Virus genome (UHGV): UHGV-0144957
Origin: a virus
Length of the DNA stretch: 50,831 nt
Strand: one strand, 5' to 3'
Shown here: positions 7,619 through 16,832 of the stretch, piece by piece
How the letters are laid out: each line of letters opens with the position of its first letter
Position numbering within the stretch: the first letter of the stretch is position 1
Notes under the pieces: model-generated
The model's database searches: none
The model's input: only the letters and a program-made list of their open reading frames with translations
Told to the model about the DNA's origin: nothing
Translations under genes and position numbers: made by a program

Positions 7619-8065
7619 ATGAATACCCAAGATTATAACACGTTGACCGAAGTCATTGAGGCCATGATCGATGAAGGGGAAAAGCCGGTTAAGGCCATTG
7701 CCGCTGAAATCGGCAAGCCGTACCCAACCCTTAAGCGCGAACTGAATCCGGCTGATGATGGTGCAAAGCTTGGAGCGGATGTCTTGCTTGGAATCATGCG
7801 CTCATGTGGTTCCATCGCCCCTTTGGAATGGTTGGCTGACAGACTTGGATATGTCGTAAGGCGTAAGGGATGGTCGGAACCCGATAGGGCTTCGTGGGGT
7901 GAAGAAATGGTTGATGTGCAGGATGCCACCGGAGAAATGGCGTCCCGAATGCTTCGGCGTGAGCACCCTTCACTTGTGCATAATGCTTCGGACTTGGTTA
8001 AAATTCAGCTTGATCAAGCATGTACCAAGTATGAGCGCGGGTTCCCCAAAGCGGGGGAACAATGA
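7619..8065 (+). CDS. CII-like regulatory protein (phage CP76/CII family-like)
   Basis: The segment VKAIAAEIGKPYPTLKRELNPADDGAKLGADVLLGIMRSCGSIAPLEWLADRLGYVV resembles the 186/P2-type CII regulator family. The gene is the first of the rightward operon. Confidence 0.45.
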   Translation: MNTQDYNTLTEVIEAMIDEGEKPVKAIAAEIGKPYPTLKRELNPADDGAKLGADVLLGIMRSCGSIAPLEWLADRLGYVVRRKGWSEPDRASWGEEMVDVQDATGEMASRMLRREHPSLVHNASDLVKIQLDQACTKYERGFPKAGEQ

Positions 8066-8490
8066 TGCCGATTGTGATTTGCCAGCAGTGCGGGCGGATG
8101 TTTGAAGTGAGGCCGTGTAAAGCCCAAAAGGCTAAGTACTGCTCAAAGGCATGTAAAGACAAAGCGGCGCATACACGTCCACGTATCAAATGCAAATGTT
8201 GCGGGAGTGAGTTCATATCACGCAGCAATAAGCAGAAATATTGTTCCAATATTTGCTTCAACGCAGCGCAAAGCGGAATGACGCGGGAAGCGTATCTTGC
8301 ATTAAAAGAAATAGAAAAAGCAGACCCCCGCGAGAGTATGCATCTGTGTGTGGGGATCGGGGGCAAAACCTGCGGAAAACTGATCCCGGAAGGTTTCCGC
8401 CGTTGCCCAGAATGCTGGAAAAAGCTCCGAGGCAGTTCAGAAGTAGATGACACCTCAGAGTATGAAGTTTTGGGGCAGGCATGGGTATAG
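8062..8490 (+). CDS. cysteine-rich zinc-ribbon protein (142 aa)
   Basis: Multiple CxxC pairs (CQQCG, CKCCG, CPEC). ATGA overlap with the upstream gene. Confidence 0.5.
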   Translation: MMPIVICQQCGRMFEVRPCKAQKAKYCSKACKDKAAHTRPRIKCKCCGSEFISRSNKQKYCSNICFNAAQSGMTREAYLALKEIEKADPRESMHLCVGIGGKTCGKLIPEGFRRCPECWKKLRGSSEVDDTSEYEVLGQAWV

Positions 8491-8711
8491 CGCCGTGCCG
8501 CTTTGGTCGGCTTCACCGTGACGGTCGCCGTGTCATGTGTTTTGCGGACTGGTCGAAAGAATACGGGGTTCCGGCGTTTTTTACGAAAAACGGCTACGTC
8601 AAAGACGTGGACTATTGCCGCCTGTACTGCGAGAAGCGCCCGGATATTGTTGAAGTGGAACTTGAAGGGAGGAAGGAAAGTGGAAGAACAGAAAATACTT
8701 ACGCCCATTAA
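8481..8711 (+). CDS. hypothetical protein (76 aa)
   Basis: ATG overlaps the upstream stop. The amino-acid composition is more protein-like than the alternative frame (8503..) over the same DNA. Confidence 0.3.
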   Translation: MGIAPCRFGRLHRDGRRVMCFADWSKEYGVPAFFTKNGYVKDVDYCRLYCEKRPDIVEVELEGRKESGRTENTYAH

Positions 8712-8916
8712 GGCGATCCGTGCCAAGTGCATTGAGTGCTCAGGCGGGAATAGAAGTGAGGCTGATAGATGTCAGATCAAAGACTGCCCGTTGTACACGT
8801 ACCGCCACGGAAGGAACCCGAACAGAAAGCCCCGTGTAATGACCGAAGAGCAGCGCGAGAAGATGCGGGTCAATCTGGAAAAGGCGAGAGAAAAGCGATT
8901 TCAGAAATCGGCATAG
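8680..8916 (+). CDS. small zinc-ribbon protein (78 aa, GTG start)
   Basis: RBS GGGAGGAAGGAAA then GTG at 8680. The product has CIECSGG...CQIKDC motifs. Start choice is uncertain. Confidence 0.3.
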   Translation: MEEQKILTPIKAIRAKCIECSGGNRSEADRCQIKDCPLYTYRHGRNPNRKPRVMTEEQREKMRVNLEKAREKRFQKSA

Positions 8917-8988
8917 GCGAAAGAAAAGGCCCGATGCGGGAACATCGGGCTAAACACAAAACCAACAAAACATGAAAGCAGGATACAT

Positions 8989-9762
8989 ATGGAACACGGA
9001 TATGTCAAGCTTTGGCGGAAATGTTTAGACAGCGGATTGCTTCAAAATGGCCCCGCATGGCAGCTTTTTGGATACTTGCTGCTCAAGACTACGCACAGGC
9101 CGCATCGCCAGATTATCGGTGGCATGGTTTTTGAGCTTGAGCCGGGGGAAGTCATCTTTGGGCGAGCTAAAGCAGCCTCTGATCTGGGGCTGAGCGAAAA
9201 GCAGGTAAGAACAGCTTTTGAGCTGCTTAAAAAACTCGAAATTGTGGCCAGCAGATCGACCAACCGCTGCACGGTGGTTTCTTTTGTTAATTGGCATAGA
9301 TACCAAGATGAAGGGCCAGCAGGAGGCCAACAAGAGGGCCAGCCGCAGGGCCAACAAGAGGCCAGCAGAGGGCCAGCAGAGGGCCAGCAGAGGGCCACAA
9401 ACAAGAATGAAAGAACAAAGAATAAAGAAGAAGAAAAGAAAGTAAGTAAGGCGCGGGCGCGCGAGAAGGACGACCGCACAGAAAGCCGGGCGAGCTATGA
9501 CTCAATGGTGGCGGAATATGCATCGTCCCCCGGATTGAGATCCGCGCTCGGTGATTTCATCGTCATGCGCCAGCGCATCCGCGCACCGGTGACAAACGCG
9601 GCATTGAAGCAAACGTTTCGTGAACTGGACAAGATGGCTGGCGATAATGAAAGCCTGAAAGCGGCGATTGTGGAGCAGAGCGTACAGCGTGCATGGCGGG
9701 GAGTTTTCCCCCTGCGTGAAAATCCCAAAATTCAATCTGACCCGTGGGCAGGCGCGATATGA
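8989..9762 (+). CDS. replication initiation protein (lambda O / DnaD-like N-terminal domain) with internal iteron-encoded low-complexity linker
   Basis: The N-terminal winged-helix-like region WRKCLDSGLLQNGPAWQLFGYLLLK...IFGRAKAASDLGLSEKQVRTAFELLKKLEIV is typical of phage replisome organiser N-domains. The central Q/G/P-rich linker is encoded by tandem DNA repeats. Confidence 0.55.
   Translation: MEHGYVKLWRKCLDSGLLQNGPAWQLFGYLLLKTTHRPHRQIIGGMVFELEPGEVIFGRAKAASDLGLSEKQVRTAFELLKKLEIVASRSTNRCTVVSFVNWHRYQDEGPAGGQQEGQPQGQQEASRGPAEGQQRATNKNERTKNKEEEKKVSKARAREKDDRTESRASYDSMVAEYASSPGLRSALGDFIVMRQRIRAPVTNAALKQTFRELDKMAGDNESLKAAIVEQSVQRAWRGVFPLRENPKIQSDPWAGAI
9311..9393 (+). repeat. iteron-like direct repeats: GGCCAACAAGAG x2 and GCCAGCAGAGG x3
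   Basis: Tandem 11-12 bp repeats lie inside the replication gene. They are immediately followed by a purine/AT-rich tract (9395-9445). Confidence 0.5.
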
Positions 9763-11564
9763 GCAGCATGAAGCAATACGACATCCGGCAAATTTCTGAA
9801 ATGCTGGCGGCAAGGGCCGAATCCGTATGCGAGTGGCTTTTGCCGGGCGGGAAGCGTGAAGGCAGGGAATGGCGGGCGGGAAGCGTAATGGGGGAACCGG
9901 GCCAGTCCCTTGGGGTCAACCTTTCCGGGAAGCCGGGAGTATGGCGTGATTTTGCTGACGATGCCAAAGGCGGCGATCTTATCGACCTCATTCAAGCCGT
10001 GCATGGGATCACGAAGGCGGATGCCGTCAGGGAGGCGAAAGAATTTCTTGGCATAGCCTCAGAACGCCCACAATTCGCTCCTGAGCGCAAAAAGTACGTT
10101 AAGCCGACTCGTCCATCGGGATTAACGAAACCAAGCCCTGAAATGCTTCTCTGGTTTGAAAAACGGGGCATCAGCAAAGAGGTCGTTGAAGCGTTCAAAA
10201 TTGGGCAGCTAAACCATGCCCAGAAAGGGCCTGTCATCGTGTTCCCGTATCTGCGCGGCGGGGAACTTGTTTTTATCAAGTATCGCCCCTTGTATGACAA
10301 AAAAGGCATGTGGACGAGCAAGGATTCTGAACCCTGTCTGTTCGGCTGGGATTTGATGCCGGAGAATGCGAGGACGCTGGTTATTTGCGAAGGGGAACCG
10401 GATGCAATGGCTTTTCGGCAAGCTGGGATTTGCGCCGTTTCCGTGCCCCGTGGAGCTGGCGATGGAGATAAGCAGGACGGGTGGATTGATGCGGAGTGGG
10501 AGCGCCTCCAACTTTTTGACACAATTTACCTTGCGCTTGATCAGGACGAGCAAGGCCATAAAGCGATGGAGCATATTTCCCGCCGTTTGGGGCAGCATCG
10601 CTGTTTCATCGTCAGTTTTGGCGGGTACAAGGATGCAAATGAAGCTTTGGTTTCCGGGGTTGACCTGAAATCCGTTTTTGAATCTGCAAAGACTATCGAT
10701 CCTGTGGAACTGCATTCCGCTTCTGACTATCTTGACGAAGTATTTGCATATTTTAGTGACGCTCAAGAAGCAGGGGGGATCAAGCTGCCGTGGGCGAAGA
10801 CGCATACTACGGTAGGGCTCAGGAATGGGGAAACTACCATCTGGGCCGGGATAAACGGGCATGGGAAAAGCCAGATTTTGGGGCATGTTGCTGTTGATTC
10901 AATGGCGAAAGGAAACCGCTGGTGCGTCGCATCGATGGAGTTCAAGCCATATAAATTTCTTGCAAGGATGGCTCGTCAGGCTTGCGCGGCAAACCAGCCT
11001 TCTTCTCAAGATAAATCGTCCCTCGAATCTTTTTGGGCAGACAGGCTTTGGGTTTTTGATGTCCAGGGAACGGCAAAAGCTCAAAGAATCCTTGAAGTGT
11101 TTGAATATGCCTATCGTCGCTATGGTGTCCGCAATTTTTTGATTGATTCCCTTGCTAAGTGCGGCTTTGGCGAAGATGCATACAATGAGCAAAAAGAGTT
11201 TGTAGATAAGCTGTCTGACTTTGCCCGGAATAATGAAGTACAGATTCATCTGGTATGTCATTCCCGAAAGCGTAATGATGAATCCGATATTCCAGACAAA
11301 TTTGATATTAAGGGGACAGGCGCAATAACTGATATGGTCGATAATGTTTTTATTGTTTGGAGGAATAAGCCAAAAGAGCAGAAGGTACAGGAAGCAAACA
11401 GCGATTGGGGAAAACAGCAGGCGCAGTCAGAGGGGCCAGATGCCATTTTGAGTTGTTGCAAGCAGCGCAACGGTGAATGGGAAGGCAAAATAAAACTGTG
11501 GTTTGATAAAGCTTCACTGCAATATCTTGAATCCTCAACCTCTTCTCCGACGAGGTATTGCTGA
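9759..11564 (+). CDS. bifunctional DNA primase/helicase (zinc-binding N-domain + TOPRIM + DnaB-like P-loop helicase)
   Basis: TOPRIM-like segment LVICEGEPDAMAFRQAGICAVSVPRGAGDGD. Walker A motif GINGHGKSQ. Helicase segment with HLVCHSRK. ATGA overlap with the replication initiator. Confidence 0.8.
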   Translation: MSSMKQYDIRQISEMLAARAESVCEWLLPGGKREGREWRAGSVMGEPGQSLGVNLSGKPGVWRDFADDAKGGDLIDLIQAVHGITKADAVREAKEFLGIASERPQFAPERKKYVKPTRPSGLTKPSPEMLLWFEKRGISKEVVEAFKIGQLNHAQKGPVIVFPYLRGGELVFIKYRPLYDKKGMWTSKDSEPCLFGWDLMPENARTLVICEGEPDAMAFRQAGICAVSVPRGAGDGDKQDGWIDAEWERLQLFDTIYLALDQDEQGHKAMEHISRRLGQHRCFIVSFGGYKDANEALVSGVDLKSVFESAKTIDPVELHSASDYLDEVFAYFSDAQEAGGIKLPWAKTHTTVGLRNGETTIWAGINGHGKSQILGHVAVDSMAKGNRWCVASMEFKPYKFLARMARQACAANQPSSQDKSSLESFWADRLWVFDVQGTAKAQRILEVFEYAYRRYGVRNFLIDSLAKCGFGEDAYNEQKEFVDKLSDFARNNEVQIHLVCHSRKRNDESDIPDKFDIKGTGAITDMVDNVFIVWRNKPKEQKVQEANSDWGKQQAQSEGPDAILSCCKQRNGEWEGKIKLWFDKASLQYLESSTSSPTRYC

Positions 11565-11750
11565 TGCTCAGGCTTCGCTGGTTTTTGAAGGGCTGCATCG
11601 TATCCGCCGCATGTCATGGGGCTATCGGGCCAAAAACCGCGCATTGGCTTTTGTCTGTTCTTGGGCTGGTTCATGTTTGAGTGCCCAAGGTATTGTGAAA
11701 TCTTCGGCCCCGGTGCGTGTGTTGGGGTATTTGATGAAAAGGAGTGCGTG

Positions 11751-12143
11751 ATGAATGCACCACAAACTGCAATGGAAACCTTGCGTCTTGAACTTCCCAT
11801 TCCGCCGCTCGTCAATCACTACTGGCGGCACATTACAATCAAAGGTGCCCCTAGAACGCTCATATCAGCCCGTGGGCGCGATTTTAGGGAAAGCGTGGTG
11901 CGGATTGTGGGCCGAGAGAAAAAGGCCCTTAAAATTGATTCCCGCGTCAAGGTCAATGTTCGGGTTTACCCTCCGGACAGACGCAAGCGTGACATAGACG
12001 GGTATCTGAAAGCCCTTCTTGATTCCCTTACCCACGCCGGGGTGTGGCTGGACGACGAGCAAGTGGACTCGATTTACATCACACGCGGCGAGGTAGTGAA
12101 AGGCGGAAAGGCCGTTGTCGAAATCTTGCCGATGGGAGAGTGA
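11751..12143 (+). CDS. rusA: RusA-family Holliday junction resolvase
   Basis: The N-terminal ELPIPPLVNHYWRH motif is characteristic of RusA, as is the ~130 aa size. RBS AAAAGGAGTG. Confidence 0.75.
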   Translation: MNAPQTAMETLRLELPIPPLVNHYWRHITIKGAPRTLISARGRDFRESVVRIVGREKKALKIDSRVKVNVRVYPPDRRKRDIDGYLKALLDSLTHAGVWLDDEQVDSIYITRGEVVKGGKAVVEILPMGE

Positions 12144-12145
12144 GC

Positions 12146-12334
12146 ATGGCTGATAAAGAACGCAGGCTGTTGTGCGGCTGGAAGGCCATTACAGCCTATA
12201 CTGGGGTTAGCCGTCTGCTCATGATTCGCTACGCCTATCCCGTTCATGACTGTGATAGGGCCACGCATCGCGGGTACGGTGTCTGCGCCTATACCGACGA
12301 GCTTGACGCCCACAAGGAGGCTATCAGTGCATAA
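12146..12334 (+). CDS. hypothetical protein (62 aa)
   Basis: ATG 3 nt after the RusA stop. Possibly HTH-containing. Confidence 0.35.
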   Translation: MADKERRLLCGWKAITAYTGVSRLLMIRYAYPVHDCDRATHRGYGVCAYTDELDAHKEAISA

Positions 12335-12578
12335 CATCGACATCACAATACTTGGTGAACAGGCTCTTGCGGCGCTCATGCAGCGGCTGTCAGAAGCACG
12401 CGGGAAGCATCCTGTTTTCGCGGAGGGCAGATACCACGCGCTTGGCGTCATCGGGGAGGAGTACAGGGAGCTTGTACATGCCGTTGAACATGAGTCCCCG
12501 GAGCGCATCCGCGACGAGGCCCTCGACGTAGCGGTAACGGCCCTGCGGCTCTGGCTTGGGGAACACGAGGAGGCGTAA
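12327..12578 (+). CDS. small all-alpha protein, possibly MazG-like NTP pyrophosphohydrolase domain
   Basis: GTG start 6 nt after RBS AAGGAGG. The segment GVIGEEYRELVHAVEHESPERIRDEALDVAVTALRL resembles MazG/HisE-type helical NTP-PPase domains. This is a weak call. Confidence 0.3.
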   Translation: MHNIDITILGEQALAALMQRLSEARGKHPVFAEGRYHALGVIGEEYRELVHAVEHESPERIRDEALDVAVTALRLWLGEHEEA

Positions 12579-12946
12579 TGAGCGAGACGTGGGTCAGCCG
12601 TGAGGAGCTGGTCGAAGTCATGGGGGACGTCGGGGCGGTCATCCTCTGCGCACAATGCGGGGGGCGGAAATGCTTTGTACCGCTTAAGGCAGGAGGGTTC
12701 CTGCTTGACCTGCTGGGCCCCCGGCGGGCCGAGCTTCTCTGTTCGGCCTTTGGAGGCATGCACATCATCGTGCCCAACCTGCGCCGTGGGGGGCCGTTCA
12801 AAGAGCGCATCATATCACGGCTGGAAGCCGGGGAGAAGCCGGACGCCATCGCAGAAGCCCTCAGCGTAACCACACGGTACGTCCGCAGGCTCAAGAAGCA
12901 GCTTCGTGAGAAACCGGAACCGCAACGGCAATATCGGTTGCTGTAA
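12578..12946 (+). CDS. Mor/C-family-like late transcription activator
   Basis: ~120 aa with the C-terminal HTH IAEALSVTTRYVRRLKK. It sits immediately upstream of the first copy of the conserved late-promoter motif and the lysis genes, mirroring the position of Mu C. Confidence 0.45.
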   Translation: MSETWVSREELVEVMGDVGAVILCAQCGGRKCFVPLKAGGFLLDLLGPRRAELLCSAFGGMHIIVPNLRRGGPFKERIISRLEAGEKPDAIAEALSVTTRYVRRLKKQLREKPEPQRQYRLL

Positions 12947-12947
12947 C

Positions 12948-12966
12948 GCGAACCTTGTTCACGGTG
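12948..12966 (+). promoter_or_regulatory. conserved late-promoter motif copy 1 (GCGAACCTTGTTCACGGTG)
   Basis: A dyad-containing 19-mer lies 48 nt upstream of the endolysin ATG. Near-identical copies occur at 18179-18198, 27477-27496 and 28861-28878. Confidence 0.5.
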
Positions 12967-13013
12967 CCTCCTCACGCCTCACCGTGGTACAGTGGACGCA
13001 GGAGGATTTTTTT

Positions 13014-13400
13014 ATGGCTGTTCTTCCCTTGCGCCATTTCTCCCCGGTCGAATTCCGCTGCAAGTGCGGGTGCGGCGCGGGCATGGAGAAGATGGACGCC
13101 GACCTGCTCCAGATGCTTGATGAGGCCCGCGATTTGGCGGGCATCCCGTTCCCCCTTTCTTCCGCCTACCGCTGTCCGAAGCACAACAAGGCGGTCGGCG
13201 GCGTGCCCACCTCCGCCCATACGCGAGGTTACGCCGTGGACATCCGCTGTGTTGATTCCCATTCCCGTTTCGCCATCCTTCAAGCGTTGCTTGAAGCCGG
13301 GTTCCGGCGCATCGAGCTGGCCCCGACGTGGATTCATGTGGACAACGATCCGGACAAGCCGCGCGACGTGGCGCTCTACCAACAGGGAGGCAAATACTGA
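13014..13400 (+). CDS. endolysin, peptidase M15 (zinc D-Ala-D-Ala carboxypeptidase-like) family
   Basis: SAYRCPKHNKAVGGVPTSAHTRGYAVDIR is the M15 metal-binding core. RBS GGAGG. Confidence 0.75.
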   Translation: MAVLPLRHFSPVEFRCKCGCGAGMEKMDADLLQMLDEARDLAGIPFPLSSAYRCPKHNKAVGGVPTSAHTRGYAVDIRCVDSHSRFAILQALLEAGFRRIELAPTWIHVDNDPDKPRDVALYQQGGKY

Positions 13401-13690
13401 TGGAACAGACCGTGATTGATTTCCTTTTTTCGACACTGGCAAGCCTTGCCGCGCAGTACCCCGAAGCCTCGTGGATCGTCACCGCCGTCGCCGTGTTCAT
13501 GTCCCTGTGCAGTGTGGCTGCCGTCGCGACCATCTGGCTTCCCGTGCCCAAAGAAACGTCCGGGGCCTATGCCGTCTTCTATCGCTGGGCGCACGCCCTT
13601 GCCGCGCATTTCGGGCAGAACAAGGGCGCCGTGGCGGACGGCAAGTCCGAAACCGTGCGGGCCGAAGTCAGAGCCGTGACGGGGAAGTGA
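13400..13690 (+). CDS. holin-like membrane protein (96 aa)
   Basis: ATGA overlap with the endolysin. Two hydrophobic helices (FLFSTLASLAAQY..., VTAVAVFMSLCSVAAVATIWL). Confidence 0.5.
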   Translation: MEQTVIDFLFSTLASLAAQYPEASWIVTAVAVFMSLCSVAAVATIWLPVPKETSGAYAVFYRWAHALAAHFGQNKGAVADGKSETVRAEVRAVTGK

Positions 13691-13758
13691 TGTGCGGGCC
13701 GTCCTTGAGTTCCTCGCCTCTCTCGTCGAGCTCCTCAAGCTGTGGCTTCGCCAAAAGT

Positions 13759-14010
13759 ATGGCGAACGCCGCGAGGCTGATCGCGCTGCTGTTTGTGATG
13801 ACGCCGGCGGCGAGTGGGTGCGCTCGATGGGCGGAACCGACCGCCGCGACAAGCCCGGCCCCCTTGACGCCGGGGGCGGTCGTGACGGGTGAGTGGTCCT
13901 ACACCTACCGGGGCGAGACGTTCACCGAGCCCGGCGAATGGGTACACCTGCCCGCTGGCGAGGCCGGGAACCTGCTCCTGTGGATCAGGGGCGTTGGGGA
14001 GGCGCAATGA
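13759..14010 (+). CDS. lipoprotein (spanin-like lysis accessory protein)
   Basis: Signal peptide with lipobox MANAARLIALLFVMTPAASGC. Confidence 0.45.
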   Translation: MANAARLIALLFVMTPAASGCARWAEPTAATSPAPLTPGAVVTGEWSYTYRGETFTEPGEWVHLPAGEAGNLLLWIRGVGEAQ

Positions 14011-14285
14011 GCGACGACGTGCAGCTTGTCCGTGAAATCGGGGAAGTGAAGGCCGAACTTTCCGGGCTCAAGGCCGAAGTCGCGGGCACCAACCAGCGCC
14101 TCGACGACATCGTGATTACGCAGCTCAAGGATCACGGCAAACGTATCGCCGGGCAGGATGTCCGTATTTCGGCACTTGAAGCGGCGGAGAACAAACGCGC
14201 CGGGGGACTGTCCGTGCTTGCCGGCGTGGCTGCGGCGGCAGGCAGCCTCGGTGCGCTCATCATGAAGCTGATCGGCCCGATGTGA
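14007..14285 (+). CDS. coiled-coil protein with C-terminal TM helix (lysis-associated, spanin/holin-like)
   Basis: ATGA overlap with the lipoprotein gene. Coiled-coil segment VKAELSGLKAEVAGTNQRL. C-terminal hydrophobic stretch LSVLAGVAAAAGSLGALIMKLIG. Confidence 0.4.
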   Translation: MSDDVQLVREIGEVKAELSGLKAEVAGTNQRLDDIVITQLKDHGKRIAGQDVRISALEAAENKRAGGLSVLAGVAAAAGSLGALIMKLIGPM

Positions 14286-14325
14286 GCAGGAAACATCCCC
14301 ATGTGTGTGAGGAAGCTCCATTTCC

Positions 14326-14841
14326 GTGAAGACGAATGCCGTGGGGATGACAGGCTGGCACAGTAATATCATCACTGTAATGGACACCTACGCGCTCCAG
14401 CGCCGGCTTCTTCAGGCGGAACTTCTTCCAACGGAAAAGCTTGTAGGTATGGCGCTCGCCCTGCACATGGACAAACGGACCGGAAAAATCCGCGTGCGGC
14501 AGGAAACCGTCGCGCAGGAGTGCGGCGTGTCTGCGCGAACAGTGCGCAGGGCCGTTGCTGCGCTCGTATCCTCCGGGGTGTTCGTCTCCGTGGCAACCGG
14601 ACGCTCCTCGGTTTTGGTTGCTGGTTCTGGAAAGAGTACTGGAAGAGTGGACCGGCCACCGGTGTCCTATCAGACCGGTCACCGGTGTCCGCATTTGAAG
14701 AGGAAAAGGGCCCCTTGGGAGTATGATTTGGCGTACAGCACGAGGCCGGAGGAAGAGGAGAAACGGGGGCATGAAAGGTTCTTGAGGGAACGGGAAGAGC
14801 GCAGGCCAAACAGGGGGTGCGACGATGGCGGCACGATTTGA
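14326..14841 (+). CDS. HTH DNA-binding protein (171 aa)
   Basis: Winged-helix-like segment VRQETVAQECGVSARTVRRAVAALVSSGVF. Confidence 0.45.
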   Translation: MKTNAVGMTGWHSNIITVMDTYALQRRLLQAELLPTEKLVGMALALHMDKRTGKIRVRQETVAQECGVSARTVRRAVAALVSSGVFVSVATGRSSVLVAGSGKSTGRVDRPPVSYQTGHRCPHLKRKRAPWEYDLAYSTRPEEEEKRGHERFLREREERRPNRGCDDGGTI

Positions 14842-15364
14842 TTGGGAATCCATCCGGGCCGAGTACGAAGTGGGGGCGAGCCAGTCCGATCTGTCCAAGC
14901 GGTACGGTGTGAGCCGGACGGCCATCCAGAAGCGCATCCGGGCCGAAGGCTGGGTGCAGGACATTTCCGGCACCGTGAACCGCATGGCGGAGGCCAAGGT
15001 TGCGGGCGTGGTTACAGGCTGCAACCCTCAAAAAAAGGCCGAAGCCTTGGATCGCGCCGCCGAAGCCAAGGCCGCCGTCATCACCCGCCACCAGCGGGAG
15101 TGGGATCGGCATCAGGCCATTATGGATGAGGCGTTGTCCGAAGGCAGTTTCGACAAGGCCAAGCTCGCCAAGATTACCGCCGAGACGATCAAGATCCGGC
15201 AGGAGGGCGAGCGCAAGGCGTGGGGCATCGTGGACAAAACCGCCTTGGATCACACTTCATCCGACGGTTCCCTGTCTCAGCGTCCGGTGGATCTCTCACG
15301 CCTCTCCCCGGACGAGCTGCTTCGCCTGACGAAGGAAGCCTTCAAAACGCCGGATCATGAGTAG
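14825..15364 (+). CDS. terminase small subunit
   Basis: N-terminal HTH YEVGASQSDLSKRYGVSRTAIQKRIRAEGW. It overlaps the large-subunit gene directly upstream. Confidence 0.6.
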   Translation: MAARFDWESIRAEYEVGASQSDLSKRYGVSRTAIQKRIRAEGWVQDISGTVNRMAEAKVAGVVTGCNPQKKAEALDRAAEAKAAVITRHQREWDRHQAIMDEALSEGSFDKAKLAKITAETIKIRQEGERKAWGIVDKTALDHTSSDGSLSQRPVDLSRLSPDELLRLTKEAFKTPDHE

Positions 15365-16832
15365 CCCAGCCATCCTTGCCGACATCAGGAAGGCGCTGGC
15401 CCGGAGTTGCCTCGCGGCCTTCGTGCGCTACACCATGCCCGGCTACAAGATGGGATGGGTGCATGAGGAAATCTGTTCCGAGCTGGACGCCTTCCTTGCC
15501 GATGTCGTGGCCGGACGTTCCCCGCGCCTCATGCTGACCATGCCGCCCCGCCACGGGAAAAGCGAGCTGGCCTCCCGCCGTTTCCCGGCCTACGCCTTGG
15601 GCCGTTACCCCGATCTCTCCATTATCTCCACAAGCTACGCCGCCGACCTGTCCTCGCGCATGAACCGCGACGTGCAGCGCGTCATCGACAGCCCGGAATA
15701 TCGGGAACTTTTTCCCGGCACGGCGCTGTACGGCAAGAACATCCGCACAGTCGGGAACGGCTCCTACCTCCGCAATTCGGACATATTCGAGGTGGTGGGG
15801 CACGCTGGCTGCTACCGTTCCGCTGGCGTGGGGGGCGGCATCACGGGCATGGGTGGGCATATCGTCATCGTCGACGACCCATTCAAAGATCGGGCGTCCG
15901 CAGATTCCCCGACCATCCGCCAGAACGTCTGGGACTGGTACACGTCCACGCTGTACACGCGCCTCGCGCCCGGCGGGGGGGTGCTCATCATCAATACGCG
16001 CTGGCACATGGCCGACCTTTCCGGGCGGCTGCTTGAGGCCGCCGCACGGGGGGAGGGCGACCACTGGCGCGTGGTGGACTTCCCGGCCATCGCAACGGAG
16101 GACGAGCCCCACCGCAAGGCCGGGGAAGCCCTGCACCCGGAACGCTACCCGCTGAGCCAGCTCCTTGCCATCAAGAAAGCCCTCGGCACACGCGACTGGG
16201 AGGCCCTGTACCAGCAGCGGCCCACCCCCGACGGGGGCAACATTTTCAAGGCAGAATGGTTGCGCTTCTGGCTGCCCAAAGACCTGCCGGAGCGGTTCGA
16301 CCAGCTTCTTATCTCGTGGGACATGACGTTCAAGGACGGCGACGATACCGATTTTGTTGTTGGGCAGGTGTGGGGCCGCAGGGGGGCCGACCGTTACCTT
16401 CTCGATCAGGTACGGCGGCGTATGGGGTTTACGGACACGGTCTCCGCATTCCGGGCGCTTGCCGCCAAATGGCCCGGCGCCACCCGCAAACTGGTGGAGG
16501 ACAAGGCCAACGGCCCGGCGGTCATCGACGCGCTGAAACACGCCGTGCCCGGCATCATCCCCGTGGAGCCGGACGGCAGCAAGACGGCCCGCGCCCATGC
16601 CGTGACCACGTTCTTCGAGGCCGGGAACGTCCTGCTCCCGCACCCTGAGCATTGCCCGTGGGCTCAGGAGTACGTCGCGGAACTGACGCAGTTCCCCGGA
16701 GCGCCCCATGACGACCAAGTGGACGCCACAACGCAGGCCCTGCGCGATTTCGATACCAAACGGCCCATGTGCATCGACACCCGGATACTGCGCCAGCCGC
16801 GCATGGGGCTGAGGCGCATCGGGGGGATTTGA
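15357..16832 (+). CDS. terminase large subunit
   Basis: ATPase/nuclease architecture. Acidic nuclease motif VIVDDPFKD. 491 aa. Confidence 0.85.
   Translation: MSSPAILADIRKALARSCLAAFVRYTMPGYKMGWVHEEICSELDAFLADVVAGRSPRLMLTMPPRHGKSELASRRFPAYALGRYPDLSIISTSYAADLSSRMNRDVQRVIDSPEYRELFPGTALYGKNIRTVGNGSYLRNSDIFEVVGHAGCYRSAGVGGGITGMGGHIVIVDDPFKDRASADSPTIRQNVWDWYTSTLYTRLAPGGGVLIINTRWHMADLSGRLLEAAARGEGDHWRVVDFPAIATEDEPHRKAGEALHPERYPLSQLLAIKKALGTRDWEALYQQRPTPDGGNIFKAEWLRFWLPKDLPERFDQLLISWDMTFKDGDDTDFVVGQVWGRRGADRYLLDQVRRRMGFTDTVSAFRALAAKWPGATRKLVEDKANGPAVIDALKHAVPGIIPVEPDGSKTARAHAVTTFFEAGNVLLPHPEHCPWAQEYVAELTQFPGAPHDDQVDATTQALRDFDTKRPMCIDTRILRQPRMGLRRIGGI

Noticed and set aside
14372-15253. Long antisense ORFs in the six-frame track: 14372-15253, 15342-16871, 20798-21838, 21845-23086, 23545-24657, 28719-30308, 30466-31242, 36217-37300, 39770-40918, 7998-8732, 9992-10886, 12074-12975, 13012-13852
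   Set aside because: They lie opposite well-supported phage genes in GC-rich DNA. Their compositions are Arg/Pro/Gly-rich, as expected for shadow frames. They have no RBS and no recognisable domain.
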